From assembly GCA_965213685.1 (NCBI GenBank), contig CBDBZY010000064.1, positions 1,184,001 through 1,248,000 on the forward strand: a stretch of 64,000 bases of DNA, written 5' to 3'. Under the pieces are notes generated by a model. The model saw nothing but the letters and a program-made list of their open reading frames with translations. It ran no database searches and was not told the origin of the DNA. Positions within the stretch are counted from its first letter, which is position 1. Each line of letters opens with the position of its first letter. Positions 1-12,979 of the stretch are shown piece by piece. Made by a program: the position numbers and the translations under genes. The DNA is from a bacterium (GTDB lineage: Bacteria > UBA8248).

Positions 1-881
1 GTCCTGTCTGATGGCATCATTCACATTGTGCCCCTCCAGGGAGGAGGGATCCACGATTAGCCACCACTTGTCTGGCCTATTCTTCTTGGGAATGACTCTG
101 ATAGGGCTGATCTGCAGGAGAGGTGGACCCAGCTGAGGTTTTGATGGGATGATGGACATGCGACCCAAGTCCACCTCGCGAGCCAGGTACGCCAAGATCA
201 CATCAGGCCTCTCATAAGCCGAGCTGCGATTTTGCCGGCAGGGTACAGACGTGGCCCCTTCCATCACACCAATGTGGAAACCGTCTGAGAGGCCCCTCAA
301 TAAGAATGCAGTAAATGCTCTGTCTGGGATGGACTGGAGAGCCCTTTCCCAGGCAGTGGGGCGAAGTGGAAATATGATAGTAGCCAGGTAAGGAAGAGGC
401 TGTAGGGCAGCAGATGCCAGCTCCAGCTGTAGCAGGTCTTGCGTAAACCGGTAGGAGCCCTTAGAGAAGTTTTTTGAAATACCATACGCCCTACATAGCA
501 ATAGCAAAGCAAAGACCATTTTGTCCATCCCACCAACAGGTGGACAATGTGAATGTCACTATGGACCCACTCCTCCAGATGCCCAAGGGGTTGGCTTGAC
601 AGCGGAACTGCTGGTGAAGGAGAGCTCCCTGCATGCCATAGCTTGTTGGGTGCCATAGCAGTACAGGCAGATGTGTGCATAGGTGCACTTCCCTGGGAAC
701 TTGCAGCTCCCACTGTTCCACGAGGAGCAGATAGGTCGCTGGCGGGTGTAGGGGGCTGGCTGCTTCCCCTTTCCAGATGTGCGCTCCGAGCCTGCCACTG
801 CAGAAGGTGAGTCAGTTGCACTAGTCCGTGGCTTCGGGAGCACTGCCATGACCACACACTCCAATGAGGTGTGGTCAATCT

Positions 882-1660
882 TAGTGCTGCAACGAATGCT
901 GTTTTTGTACATCTGAGTACTTGTGTACTTTAACGAGCGAATAATCGGATACTCATTCCATTGTTTTCATTGGTTAGACCACAGTTTACAAAACTTCATG
1001 TTGGTAGTGAAGGCCACGTGAGGCGAACTAATGGTCACCAGCAATTCTTCCTTGATACCACTGTACAAACGTCGACAAGTAGCAGTGATGTGCAGGCGAG
1101 ATGGAACTTGGTATCCTGGCTCCACGTAGTTCATTAGCTGCCTAAAGCCTGTGCCATCCACGGTGGAAATTGGCTTCAAGTCTCGCGCAATAAATTCTGC
1201 TATCCGATTTGTGATGGCGCTGGCACGCTCCGGGGGGCAACACTTAACACAGTGGAATGAGAACATCGTTGCCTGCTTCTTTGTACCACTATCAGAATCT
1301 CCTGTAGCAGTCTTGTGGGCAACGGGATGCTTCGATTCAAGGTGGTTAAGAAGGTTGGTCGTGCCACCGGTGTATGTCAGTTGCAGTCTGTCGCACAGCG
1401 AACAAATGGCTTTCTTGGTCTTTCTTCCTTCCTCATCAGTAACCTCTGCTAATTCAAAACTCCCGCACTCGACTAGTTCGCCTTCTTTTCGCCATATCTC
1501 ATGCACATACTAACCCTCGCTAGTACTACATTCACACCACGTGTTAGCCTACTGCGCATGTGCATATGTCCAAGTCCGAGTACTCGGACCCAAATTTCTG
1601 GATTCGAATATGAGCAATCAACCGAATACTCGAGCAATGCAAATATTCGTTGCAGCACTA
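882..1660 (-). mobile_element. Internally deleted hAT (ZBED/Ac-like) DNA transposon inserted into Ngaro gag
   Basis: Perfect 16-bp TIR TAGTGCTGCAACGAAT (882-897) / ATTCGTTGCAGCACTA (1645-1660). Perfect 8-bp TSD GTCAATCT at 874-881 and 1661-1668. Internal BED-finger ORF. Confidence 0.95.
967..1506 (-). pseudogene. Truncated hAT transposase N-terminus (BED zinc finger)
   Basis: AICSLC...GGTTNLLNHLESKHP (BED finger) followed by ITNRIAEFIARDLKPISTVDGTGFRQLMNYVEPGYQVPSR, typical of ZBED1-like transposases. It stops before the catalytic core. Confidence 0.9.
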
Positions 1661-3293
1661 GTCAATCTCATTGCAGTGCTTACAGGGGGTTGCCACTCTC
1701 CCCTGCTGATTTGCGATATACACTTGATGCAGGGATGCATCAATGTAGTTCCATGGGGAGGATAGCCCCACCTGGTTCCTGCGGAAGACTGCGTCATAGG
1801 TGAGCCACCCACTCCCACCAAATTTACTGGCCTCTCGCACGGTGAGGCGCATGTATGCCAGCATGTCCCCCACTGTAGCAGGGTGAGCCTCCGCCACGAT
1901 TGCCACATACGTCACAAACGAAGACACCCAGGTCATGAAGGCCTTCTCTCCCGCAATCTCCCTCTCGCCCAGATGTTTGGAGGGTGCCAAACCTTGAGGA
2001 AGAGCTACTAGACACTCCGCGAGGGCCAGGTTGTCCGGGAGCAGCTCCCGCATGTCAACATATTCCAGGGCCTGTATACGACTGACCAGTTTCCCTGGGA
2101 TGGGGACAATGCTCCTGGCAACCTTGTACGGTGGCTTCGTCTGTTTCCTCTCCCCCCACTGACATAGATGGTCCTGGTAGTGATGGCATAAGTGCCACTC
2201 CAGAGCTGACTAGTGCTGTCGAGATTGCCCCACTCGACGCCAATGATGAAGGGAAAAGTGGTAGAGTGCCTGCAGATGCTTCAAAGAGCGGAATGCTTGG
2301 GAGGAAGAGATGGTGCAATGACAGTGCTGCTGGCTGTGAGGGAACCTAAGGCAGCAAGACAAGAAGAAACAATGAGTTGCCCCGTACTCCACGCACTGCT
2401 CTGCCACTCATGTTTCCCTGTGGGAACCTCCCCGACTACCATTAACGCTCTACCTCCCCCGCTGCACCCGCAGAACTCCCACTCATCAATTGAGGAAACC
2501 TGAACAAGACGCCCGCAAATTGGCATTAATTTTTTACACCTGACAGGCAGGCAGCGGAGTAGCGCCATGCGTACTCTCCTCGCATATATACGTACCTGGT
2601 CCATGCGTCAGACGGGCTAGAGCAGTCACCATGGCTGCCGCCACCTCCTCATGAGTCAACTGCCACACTGCCTCCTCGATCATCGCATGGTTCCACTCGT
2701 CGCCCCGCGGCTCTCCGTCTGTCTCCACGGGTTCGTGAGAATGGCGAGGAGTCTCTGAGTCCACCATTGGTCCTTAGGAAATAGCACAACACTGAGCAGA
2801 GAGGGTTCAGCTGCCACTGCGTATTCCTGCTGGAACTGGATAGCCTGCACTCACAGGTGTGATGCTCGCTTGCCAGAAAGGCGCAATAAAGCCACAATGC
2901 TGCACATGCAATGCGCATGCTCCGAAGACGCCTGCCACCCCCGCATGCGCAGTGGCTCCCTATGTACCAGGGTAGATGGGTGATTGCCAACCAGCCAGCG
3001 CTATGCACTCCCCTGTCATTCAGGGCCCAAACTTGCTCAACCCCCAGCCAGCCTTGGAGGTCACAGCACCAATGGGGCCTGCCGCCCATGCACCAATTGC
3101 CGGCTGCATACACCAGCGCCGTACACTCCTATGTCCTATATTAACTCTGTTTAATTATCATTAAACATCATGTGATGCAGAATTAGTTGCCTCGCACTAA
3201 GGCGCTCTTATAACGCACGTAATATACCTCAGAGCAGTAGCTAGCGGTTAGCTTTAAAAGGCACATACGCTAGCTATGTAAGTGCTTAGTATA

Positions 3294-3365
3294 CCCGTGT
3301 GGTGTAGCGGTTAGCGCATAGTGACTGTTGCTACAACGGTTGGGGGGTTGAATCCTGGTGAGAAA
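3294..3365 (+). repeat. tRNA-derived (SINE-head-like) sequence
   Basis: GTGGTGTAGCGGTTAGC A-box-like and GGTTGAATCC B-box-like motifs at tRNA spacing. The cloverleaf is imperfect and it is followed by a T-run. Confidence 0.5.
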
Positions 3366-3929
3366 GTTGTCTTTTTTTTCTTTTACATACCGCTCTTAAA
3401 AGCTCATGAATTATTCATATATGCATGAAATCGTGCACCCAACATGCAATTAATGTACGTAGGTTTGCTGAAGGGACTCTGGAAGACCTTTCAGTCACCC
3501 ATAGCACCATTTTTGTGTCCTCACTGTTTGAGTCTAGCTAATTAGTCAGTAGCTAAGCAGGTGGGAGACATGAACATGTGTATGTACATACATGTACATG
3601 CCATGCTCCTGCATGTGCATATGCACAATCCTGGGACTGTGCAAATGCATTCATTTATAACAGGTACATTGTACGTACACATTCAGCAACCCATAGATTG
3701 CCCAAATCTGGGCTTAGTAACGACCATGCCATATATGCACTATGTGTATACAATGTACATGTAGGTGTGTGTGTGTGTGTGATTTCTACCCTATTTTGTT
3801 TATGTGTTCACGCACTATGCAGTATTTACATACACACATGTGCATGAGATGGATGCACATGCATATGTGTAAGTGGTGTACTCAGCTCTAGCTTTCATAC
3901 AAGGTGTGTATATGTGTGCATGAATACAG

Positions 3930-4113
3930 ATAATGAAACCTGCCAGTGGAGAACAACAGGACCACTTATTTGAAGACACAAAAAATGTTCTGGAAAACTT
4001 CAACCCATCACGCTTGCAACCTTTGTTTAAGCCAAGTGAAGGCAGTAATTCTGACATCTACAACACACAAGCAGCTTTGTTCTGTATGCCCAGGAAAGGA
4101 AATGAGTTTACAG
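3930..4113 (+). CDS. Host gene exon A (probable CABIT-domain tail) of a coiled-coil/SAM protein; gene starts upstream of the window
   Basis: tacag|ATA...ACA G|gtgtgt. Translates IMKPASGEQQDHLFEDTKNVLENFNPSRL...DIYNTQAALFCMPRKGNEFT. Phase 1 end matches the next exon. Confidence 0.65.
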
Positions 4114-4129
4114 GTGTGTTGGAAACAGA

Positions 4130-4172
<43 letters not shown>

Positions 4173-6370
4173 TGTGGTGTATCTACATACGTACATGTAG
4201 TAGTCATAGTATTTCATATGCACAGTCTTACTCTAGTAGTAGGAACCAAGCACAAAAGACTAGTCCCTGTTATCTACCTGGACTGCAACCGACTTGCTAT
4301 ACAAATGGTGGGAAAGGCAACAGTGCTCTTTCACTCCTCTACATGCCTGCATGCAATCTAACCATTAGTTCCATGCCATGCTCCCAATTTACTATGACGT
4401 TTAACATCAGGTTAGATGAAGTTAGTGGGCATGGCAGGGGGTGTGTGTGGCACATATTAGCTATGATAAAGGGCAAGTACTTGTCTCCGCCCCCAGGTCA
4501 ACTGAGAGCATGCACACTCCTTCTACATGCCTCAGAGAGATTGCTCTGACAGAGCAAGTTACAAGCCAGCATATCCCTAGCCATTGACTTTACCGCTCGC
4601 CAAGAGCCGAAGATGGGCGATGACAAAGTCGCGACTGTGCCAAGTCCCCTCACAGAGGACAGCATCTGTCAGCTTATCCAGGAAGAATTTTGAGTGGCTC
4701 TTCGTCCATCTGCTGACATGACGCATAGTGGTAAGTCGCTTTTTCGTCTCTCAGGCCGCGTTTTTCCCCTTTGCGGTACTCTGTGAGCTTCAGTCTTGGC
4801 GCCCTTTTGCCCGTGGGCAGCAGCATCAGCACCTGCCGCGCTTTAGCCACAGCACTCCTGCAGCTGCCTTGGGCTTCCCGTGCGCAGTTCCACAATCTCC
4901 TACCACTCAGTGCACTCCTGTGGTGATCCCGCATGCAGTTCTCTTGCTCTCCCCCTGTTCTGACCTTTCCTCTCTTCTTTCCTTTCTCTCCTTTCCTCCC
5001 TCCCTCCACCCAGGTGACCCAGCGGCTGCCATCTCCTCCTCCCGCCTTCTTCAGAGGCTCCTGCTACCCTAGACACACAGCACTACATACATGTACTCCT
5101 GGTCCCTCTGGGCACCATCTCCATTCAGTGATAGTGCCCCTGCTTCATTCAAGCAGTCAAAATGCCTCCTCTGTTCTGCCTTGCCAGCAACTTCTCGTCT
5201 ATCCCACCTAAGCTGGTCAGAAAAATCCAGAACGTAGAATTACTTCCTGACAATATTGCGCTGTCTGAGGTTATGTAGAAGCTGTACCTGTCCACTCAAC
5301 ACACACCTCAATCCCTGAGCATAGGGAGGTGTCAAAGATTGTCACCTGGGTCTCATGCTTTGCCACCTATGTGGCCATAGTATCCCAGAGCACACGAAGG
5401 ACATGATGGCCTACCTGCGCCTGATGGTCCGAGAGGGGTATAGGCATGGTGGCTCGGGCCGGCTCAAGTATGATTCAATAAATAATTCGGGTCCTTCTGC
5501 TTCATGGGACATCCTGGACCCTTCCCTTCTCACCATTGTTGTCAACCAGGGACTTAACCCTCGGCTCCCCTGCTACTACTGCCAGAAGTGTGACCATGCT
5601 GCTTATGAATGTGCCTTACCCCTCTGGAACAACCCACAAAAGTGCAAGGTGCTCAGCTCCGGCCTGCCACTTACTCCCGGAAAGGCAAGCACCCAGCCCC
5701 CTCTTCTGCTCATGTATCAAACTATTGCCCAGACACACAGATCCCTCAGGCCCCTGTGCGCAGGATTTGCATCTCATGGAACCGTGGGCAGTGTACACTC
5801 CCAGGCACATGTAGCTATGCTCATGTCTGCCTCACATGCAACAGCAGAAGCCATAGGGCTTGTGACTGTGCTATGACCCCACCTGACTCAGTCTACAAGA
5901 AGCGCCCCACTCAACACCTGCCCAGAGGTGATGGTGCTACTGCAGCAGCCAATCAGATGGTGCACCAACAAGGTTTCAGACACTCTCTGCACTACCTGGA
6001 CAATTTTCTGTTCCTGGGTGCACCAGCCTCCCCTCATTGTGAAGATGCTTTCACTTCACCCTCAAAATGTCTAGAGAGGGTGTTCAGGTGTGCAACGAGA
6101 AAACGGAAGGGCCATCCACCTCAATTACCTTCCTGGGGATAGAAATTGACTCGGTCCACCAACAGCTACAGCTCCCTCAAGCTAAACTGCGGGACCTACA
6201 TGAACATCTCAATCACTGGATGCTGTGCCATCACACCTCAAGAAGCAGGTGACCTCATCATACAGGAACTAAGCACAACCTTCTCTCCCTCATTGGAGTC
6301 CTCAATCATGCAGCTGGATACAGCAAGAGACCCTCAACTCATGAGTCTACTGCGCTCACTGTTCTTTCTA

Positions 6371-7591
6371 CAGTGCCCTACAGGAAGAGACCAAAAAACA
6401 CTTTTTCAACATTTATTTTGTGGTGGTACATGGTAGTGGGACAAGCTTTATATCCTCCAACATTGGGGAATAATTGGATACATTATCATCTTGTCATGTG
6501 ACTTTCACGTGGAGAAATGGCGGTGACATCAACACCATTCGGGTGAACGATTTAGGCATGGGATTTTTCTAAACATAGGAGTTAAGGTCTGAAAATGCGG
6601 CACAGTACTTCTACTCATAAGTAGTATATGTGAACCCACATTCATCAAGCAGGCCCCAGCCACTTCTGCATGGGCGACCGGAAATGGTGGCTTCGGAGGA
6701 CCTCTGGTGTTGGCACGGGAAATGGTCAATACTAGTAGTTAAGCCTCAAAACTTTATGTATGTGTTCTAAAGTCCTTATACTTTCATCGCATACTAACCT
6801 TCATTTGCACTCTTGAAGTGTATTCCTATGAGCGCACATTATTTGCAAAAGGTGATGCCAATGACATCTCATGTTGCGCGTGGTGCTCTTGGGGCTTCAC
6901 AGGCTAGCCTGCATGTATCATCTGAAACGTGGATGATGGTGGAGTGCAAGTCTGTTGTTTCACTTCTTTTGTCGCACAGGTTAGAGGCATCATGTTTTAC
7001 GATCTGCAAGTGCACAGGGCTAGGCTAGCAGAGGGGGTTGTGCTCATTAGAAGGCCAGACAACCCATATGACAACAACTACCTGGATGTGAGAGTAGCCT
7101 ACCATTCCTGCTGGGTCGTCTAGTGGCGGAGGTAGCTGTGCGCCTCTCTCGTTTGCTGTGTGATGCTTTAGAATACATACATAAATTTTTGAGGCTTAAT
7201 TACTAGTATTGACCATTTCCCATGCCTAATGCCAGAGGTCCTCTGAAACCACCATTTTCGGTCGCCATGCAGAAGTGGCTGGGGTCTGCTTGATGAAAGT
7301 GGGTTCACATATACTACTTATAAATAAGTAGAAGTACTGTGCTGCATTTTCAGACCTTAACTCCTATGTTTAGAAAAATCCCATGCCTAAATCGTTCACC
7401 CAAATTGTGTTGATGTCACCACCATTTTCTCCACGTGAAAGTCACATGACAAGATCATAATGTATTCAATTATTCCCCAATGTTGGAGGATTAGTTTGAT
7501 ATAGAGCTTGTCCAACTACCATGTACCATCACAGAATAAATGCACAGAATGTTGAAAAAGGTGGTTTTCGGTATCTTCCTGTGGAGCACTG
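6371..7591. mobile_element. Foldback-like DNA element with ~400-bp TIRs, TA TSD, CAGTG termini (Tc1/mariner-type ends), carrying a HIRAN fragment
   Basis: TA|CAGTGCCCTACAGGAAG at 6369-6387 and CTTCCTGTGGAGCACTG|TA at 7575-7593. Arms ~6371-6772 and ~7166-7591 are inverted copies. Removing it restores Ngaro RNase H (LRSLFFL|GAANNFTFTARHIAG). Confidence 0.92.
6929..7165 (+). pseudogene. HIRAN-domain fragment (frameshifted)
   Basis: FVAQVRGIMFYDL...GVVLIRRPDNPYDNNYLDVRV, then in another frame FLLGRLVAEVAVRLSRLLCD. This matches the HIRAN pattern V.G..Y...L.REP.N.YD.NA..V...G.L....A..L..LL. Confidence 0.75.
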
Positions 7592-7789
7592 TAGGAGCAG
7601 CGAACAATTTCACCTTCACAGCGCGTCACATTGCAGGCATCCTCAATGACTCAGCAGATGCACTGCCGGACAATAACCACACTCTCTTTCTCTCTCTCCC
7701 TCAACCTTCAGGCACTACCCCACCCAGACCCACTTCCCAAGGAGGTACTAGAGCTGGCTCTCAACTGCAACCTGCTTTGGACATCTCCA

Positions 7790-8760
7790 AGCTGGATCAA
7801 GCTGTTCAAGGCTATCTTAAGGCCTGCATTGCCCCAATGACCAAGTCAGCCTACTGGTCCACACAACAACGCTACACAGATTTCTGCATCAGGGTGGCTA
7901 TAAGAGCTTCCTTTCCCTTACAAGAGGAGATTCTTTGTAAATATGTTTCCTACCTTAGCTTGCAACCTCTAGAGCACTGCACAATAAAGTTGTATCTCTC
8001 AGTGTGGCGAATTGGCCAAAGTCAACAAGGCTTGGGAAACCCTTTTCAAGCACAGGATATGCCCCTTCTTCAGTATGTGCTAGCAGGAATTAAACACTCT
8101 CAGACTCACTCTCACCCTCCTAAATAGACATGAAGTCAATCACGACTCTCTGAGGTGGGCAAGAATGGCAGGAGCTATCGGTAGTCTGCATTTCGAATGA
8201 AGGATGTATGCTATGGGCAGCAGCATGTCTAGGGTTCTTGGGGTTCCTTAGGGCTGGGGAATTCGCTGTGCCTTCTGTGCAGGCATATGACAAAGAGGTG
8301 CACTTGAATCTCCATTACTTAGCAGTTGACAGCCATACCAGCCCCTGCCTTATCAGGGTGAGATTGAACCAGAGCAAGACAGACCCCTTCCGCAAAGGAG
8401 CTGACATATACCTGGGAGCAACAGACTCATTACTTTGTCCAGTGCAAGCCTCACAATCGTATCTGGAACTTCGAGGCTGTTCTCCTGGCCCCCTGTTTGT
8501 GAGTGACTCCAACATTCCTCTAACTACATGTAGGTCAGCCCTTGTACAGCATCTGCACAGAGCACTGCAAGGCTCACCCTGAGAAGCGTATCCTACAATG
8601 GTCACAGTTTCCGGATTGGCGCTGCCACCACGGCAGCTAAGGCGGGTATAGAGGACTCTGTGATCCAAACCCTAGGACACCAGAAGAGCAGTGCATACCT
8701 GGCCTATATTAAGGATTCTTCCGCTGCAACTAGCAGCAATTGCCTCACACCTTGCTGCTT
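7790..8760 (+). pseudogene. Ngaro tyrosine recombinase (integrase), frameshifted
   Basis: MLWAAACLGFLGFLRAGEF...SKTDPFRKG...CPVQA...GPLF, then YNGHSFRIGAATTAAKAG (YR H-x-x-R box). Confidence 0.9.
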
Positions 8761-8989
8761 CTGTCCAGTCAGAGGGACCCCACACCCCCTCACTGTTTTT
8801 GTGTGCTAGTTCAGTCAATTCCACCATCACTTTGTAACGACCGTCTCCTACAGGTCTCACCAGATGTAGCCATTGGTGTTATAATTATATATATGTACAT
8901 CCCTAGCTGCGCTGTTGCGGTTTTATCGCAATGGGGTATAGCAAAGTCACTGATCTTGCCCTCCATACCTGTGCATGCACACAGATAAT

Positions 8990-9524
<535 letters not shown>

Positions 9525-10255
9525 TGAAGGTCACCTATATAATGGTACGTGTAGTATATTTTCCCCTGCATGGGCCAAGCTGGTTCCCAGCTTTTGGGCC
9601 TAGAGGTCAGCCTGTCAGCCGGATGGCCCATGCAGCATAGAGCAAGGTTATTGTGGAGGGTCAAAGGTCAGCAACTGTGAGCGCATGCACAGCCAAATTG
9701 CAACTGTACATAAGAGTCTTTCCCATAATCAATTAGGCCTCCTTAGGGGCCCATGCTGTTGGATGACATCAACAACTGCGAGCTCTCGAGCCTAGCCACA
9801 AGTCTGACCTGCCCCGACCCTGCGCAGCCGAACCCTCACACAATAAATACCTGCTTCACAAGAAGCGAGGTAGATGTTGACACCAAAGTATGGTGTACAA
9901 GTTCATTCAAGGTAAGCCACGTCCATTAACCATTCACCACAATGGAGCTCCACTCCACTGCCTTCATAACAAGGGGAAAGCTACACATGTACGTAGGTGG
10001 AACATGTGAAGTTATTCATGGAGTGTACATGCTTGGAAGCCATTGTCCAAGTGGCTCCAAAATGTAAATGTGAAACTACAAAATGTATATACATTATGTG
10101 GTGTTCATACATTTGGTCAGGGTGTGTGAAACCCCCTTTCCGAAGGGCTGTAGCTTGGAACGGAGCATGTGCATACATATGTATGTGTGTACATTTATGT
10201 AATGTACATACAAGCAGTGTTACATACATGTACATACCTATGTGCACTTCCACAG

Positions 10256-10446
10256 GCATAAAGGTGGAGATGCCGAGCGCATTATATGTGAATTCACCCT
10301 TCATTAGTGATGCCAGTGATGTGTCAAATCTGAGTACTATTCATCAAGCATCTAAATCAGTGTCCCCATGCTCAGTCAGTGAAGATCAACTCATTTCTAC
10401 AGAGGGTCCAGCCTTGACATTGGATATGATGCAGGAGAAAGTAAAG
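10256..10446 (+). CDS. Host coiled-coil/SAM gene exon B
   Basis: ttccacag|GC ATA AAG (phase 1) ... GTA AAG|gtttgt (an alternative donor at 10441 is also phase 0). Reads GIKVEMPSALYVNSP...LTLDMMQEKVK. Confidence 0.7.
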
Positions 10447-11139
10447 GTTTGTAATTGCAAGTTATGCAGGAACTCTGTTTTAAACTTAAATTTGGTTTAA
10501 AATGCAAAGTTAGGAGGGCACTGAGGAAGCAATATTAATAGCTATGAGAACTGTATGTATGCGTGGATTTACAGTATACAGCAATTAGTGTGAGAGTGTA
10601 CTGAGTGTCCAGTACATGTATGTCTAACTGTCCATCTGAAATCTCTGCCCATACAAGACAGGGTGCATGGTCTATAGTTGCTATTGTAGCATGTTGAGTC
10701 ACGCACAAGTGTGTACATACGCATGTACATGCACATATGTTACAGCCAACCTGCTTGCAGCCAGCTGCTGGCTTCAAATCAGGTTAATTGACACCCTTTG
10801 TATGGTATATTGTACTAACCAGTTTGCCAGGTGTTGGCTGACTGACTTGTGAAGCCAATTTATTTCCTGGTGTACCAGAAGTGTTCTCTGAGGGTTTAAA
10901 ATTTAAATATTTTCTGGGGGAGCATGCCCACAGACCCTCCTAGATGGCACACTAGTGTGTAATACCCCTGCCCTTGCAAAATTTCTAAGTTCTCTTTTGT
11001 CCCCCCTTGAAGAAGTTCCTGCACAAAACACTGACTGGTGAGGCCAGTTAGCTTCTCCCCATTTTCTAGCCTCTGTGCATAAAGACACTGCTATTGTTTA
11101 GTTGTGCTAATTTATAGCTGTCTGGCACAGCAAGTGATA

Positions 11140-11586
11140 CCATATGGCGCCAAAGTTTCAAGGAGCATAATTTTCATGGTTTCGCTGATTAGCTTCAAAC
11201 CACGAAAACTATGCTCCACAAAATAACACTAAGTTCTCGAAGACGCGTACGTTGCTGCAAATTCAGCTATATAGTTGGTGATTGATCAGTGGTACTCTAT
11301 TGCTACTGCAACAATCTGACGATAAGCTGCGTAATCCTTGAGGTCCCTGACAGCCAATCTGAGAGCCAGTGAAAAAGGGTTTGTATGCTAAGGTCACCAG
11401 AGAAGCCAGCAGTAAAATGTGATGTTGCTGCAACCAACCATCTGTTACTATGAAAAACACTTGCGGCTATCCAGAAGTAGGCATGGCTAACTTGAATCCT
11501 TGTGATCCATGAAAATTGTTTCCATGAAACTTCCAAAAATGATATTCCACGAAAATTGTGCTCCTTGAAAATTTGGCACCATACGT
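11140..11586. mobile_element. MITE (TA TSD), CCATATGGCGCCAAA family
   Basis: TIRs CCATATGGCGCCAAAGTTTCAAGGAGCATAATTTTC / GAAAATTGTGCTCCTTGAAAATTTGGCACCATACG. Second copy at 54741-55230. Confidence 0.75.
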
Positions 11587-12979
11587 ATGGTACGTACATG
11601 CATTTCACATCTCATGAATATAGTGATTGAATCACCAGACAAGCTTAAAGATAGTGACCTTGAAGAAATTTGGGGGGGGGGGAGGCTCCAGTAAGAAGGG
11701 GCTAATACCCCCCACACATAAAATTCTGCCAGTCCTATCCTCATTCCCTGGCACACTACAATGTATGTACATATGAGTGACCAAGGGATACCTTTTGGTA
11801 GAAATGAATGGAGTATATAGTAAGCTGTGCTGGAAGCCAGTCTGTTGTGCACTGTTCAACCAGTCAATGCAGCCAATGTCTGATCTTTTTGAGTGGTTAG
11901 TGTGTATGCAGCATACAGTTTGTACAATGAAGGTGTGTCAGATGTGTACCTACATACATACATGTAATTACATGTATGTACAATGTACGTTCATATTCAC
12001 ATGCATGTAGGGCCACATGCAGTGCACCAGAAGAGAAGATACACCCGCAGAAGCCCATAGTATGATTACGTACTGTACCATGATGCATTCTAATAGTCAT
12101 TTATGACCTCAGCTATGACAAGAACACCAAGGTTGCCATGGTAGCCTGTGCATCTCGGCCAGTTACATATGTCTAGGGGCAGCAACAGCTTTGACAGGAC
12201 AGCTGTAGAACAATAGGGTTGCCATGGCAGCCATATACCCTGGCTACCTAGGGTATAATAGGGTTTAATGGTTATTAAACCGTTAACTGGAGGGGAGACA
12301 GCAATAGAAAGTGAGGTGCATGGGTCAAGCTAAGCGCATGCGCACTGGGGCTGACTGTGTGGACAGCAGTGGCAGCACCAACCAGCAGTGTTTGCGTTTG
12401 CATTCTAAGCAGTTACCCCCTCGAGGGTGCATCAATGGGGGACGAGCAAAGTGGTCAGACGGAAGAGAGCAGGGCTGGACGGCCTGCGGTGTCGGAAACA
12501 GCAACATTCTCTGCAAGCCAGAAGCAGGTCTGAGAGGTGCTAGGCGAGGCCCCTCCTCGTCCTTCAAACTGGATGGTCACTTCCTGGCCGAGGATATCAG
12601 ATCCCCAGCCCCTAGGCAACAGGGAGTGGGCCACCGATGGGGGACTTGACCAATGCAAATGTCACTTAGAGTAGTTATCACCCGTCACCTGTTACTCTCA
12701 GTTCACATATAACAGTATAGTAGTAAATTGATAAATCAGCACATCTAGTCAAAACAGCATGTTATTCTCAACCAATTAACCCTACAATAGTCAAGCATAA
12801 TGGAGGAGGGGGTGACCAATGCAGTAGGGTGGGGCTGTCGTGGTAACAACCCTTTAGCATTCTACACTCTCCCCTCACAGGGCCTCAAACGTCTGGTTAC
12901 CCATATGGCCAGCACCTCCTAGAATTTGAGAGGAGAACAGGAGCAACTGGCGGGGTCACCGCCCCATGGCTGCAATGCG

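Larger units (their letters stand above)
1..3150 (-). mobile_element. Ngaro/DIRS-type (tyrosine-recombinase) retrotransposon, degenerate; gag plus start of RT; runs off the left edge
   Basis: Minus strand 1-360 reads AWERALQSIPDRAFTAFLLRGLSDGFHIG...QISPIRVIPKKNRPDKWWLIVDPSSLEGHNVND (Ngaro RT N-terminus). ORFs 1658-2053 (MRELLPDN...GWLTYDAVFRR...CKHCNEID) and 559-912 (ICSSWNSGSCKFPGKCTYAHIC) are Ngaro gag with zinc knuckles. Right boundary approximate. Confidence 0.85.
4600..8900 (+). mobile_element. Ngaro/DIRS retrotransposon (gag, deleted RT/RNase H, tyrosine recombinase), degenerate
   Basis: gag (MAYLRLMVREGYRHGG; ICISWNRGQCTLPGTCSYAHVC), RT (LHYLDNFLF; EGPSTSITFLGIEIDS), RNase H (ARHIAGILNDSADAL), YR (see below). 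Boundaries approximate. Confidence 0.9.

Noticed and set aside
3294-3365. Functional tRNA gene
   Set aside because: A/B boxes are present, but the acceptor and anticodon stems do not pair properly. It is embedded in a repeat, so it is treated as a tRNA-derived relic.
12011-12059. Possible extra exon (phase 0 to 1) of the SAM gene
   Set aside because: Weak donor, and exon C already supplies the phase change with a much better coiled-coil fit. Including both would break the frame.
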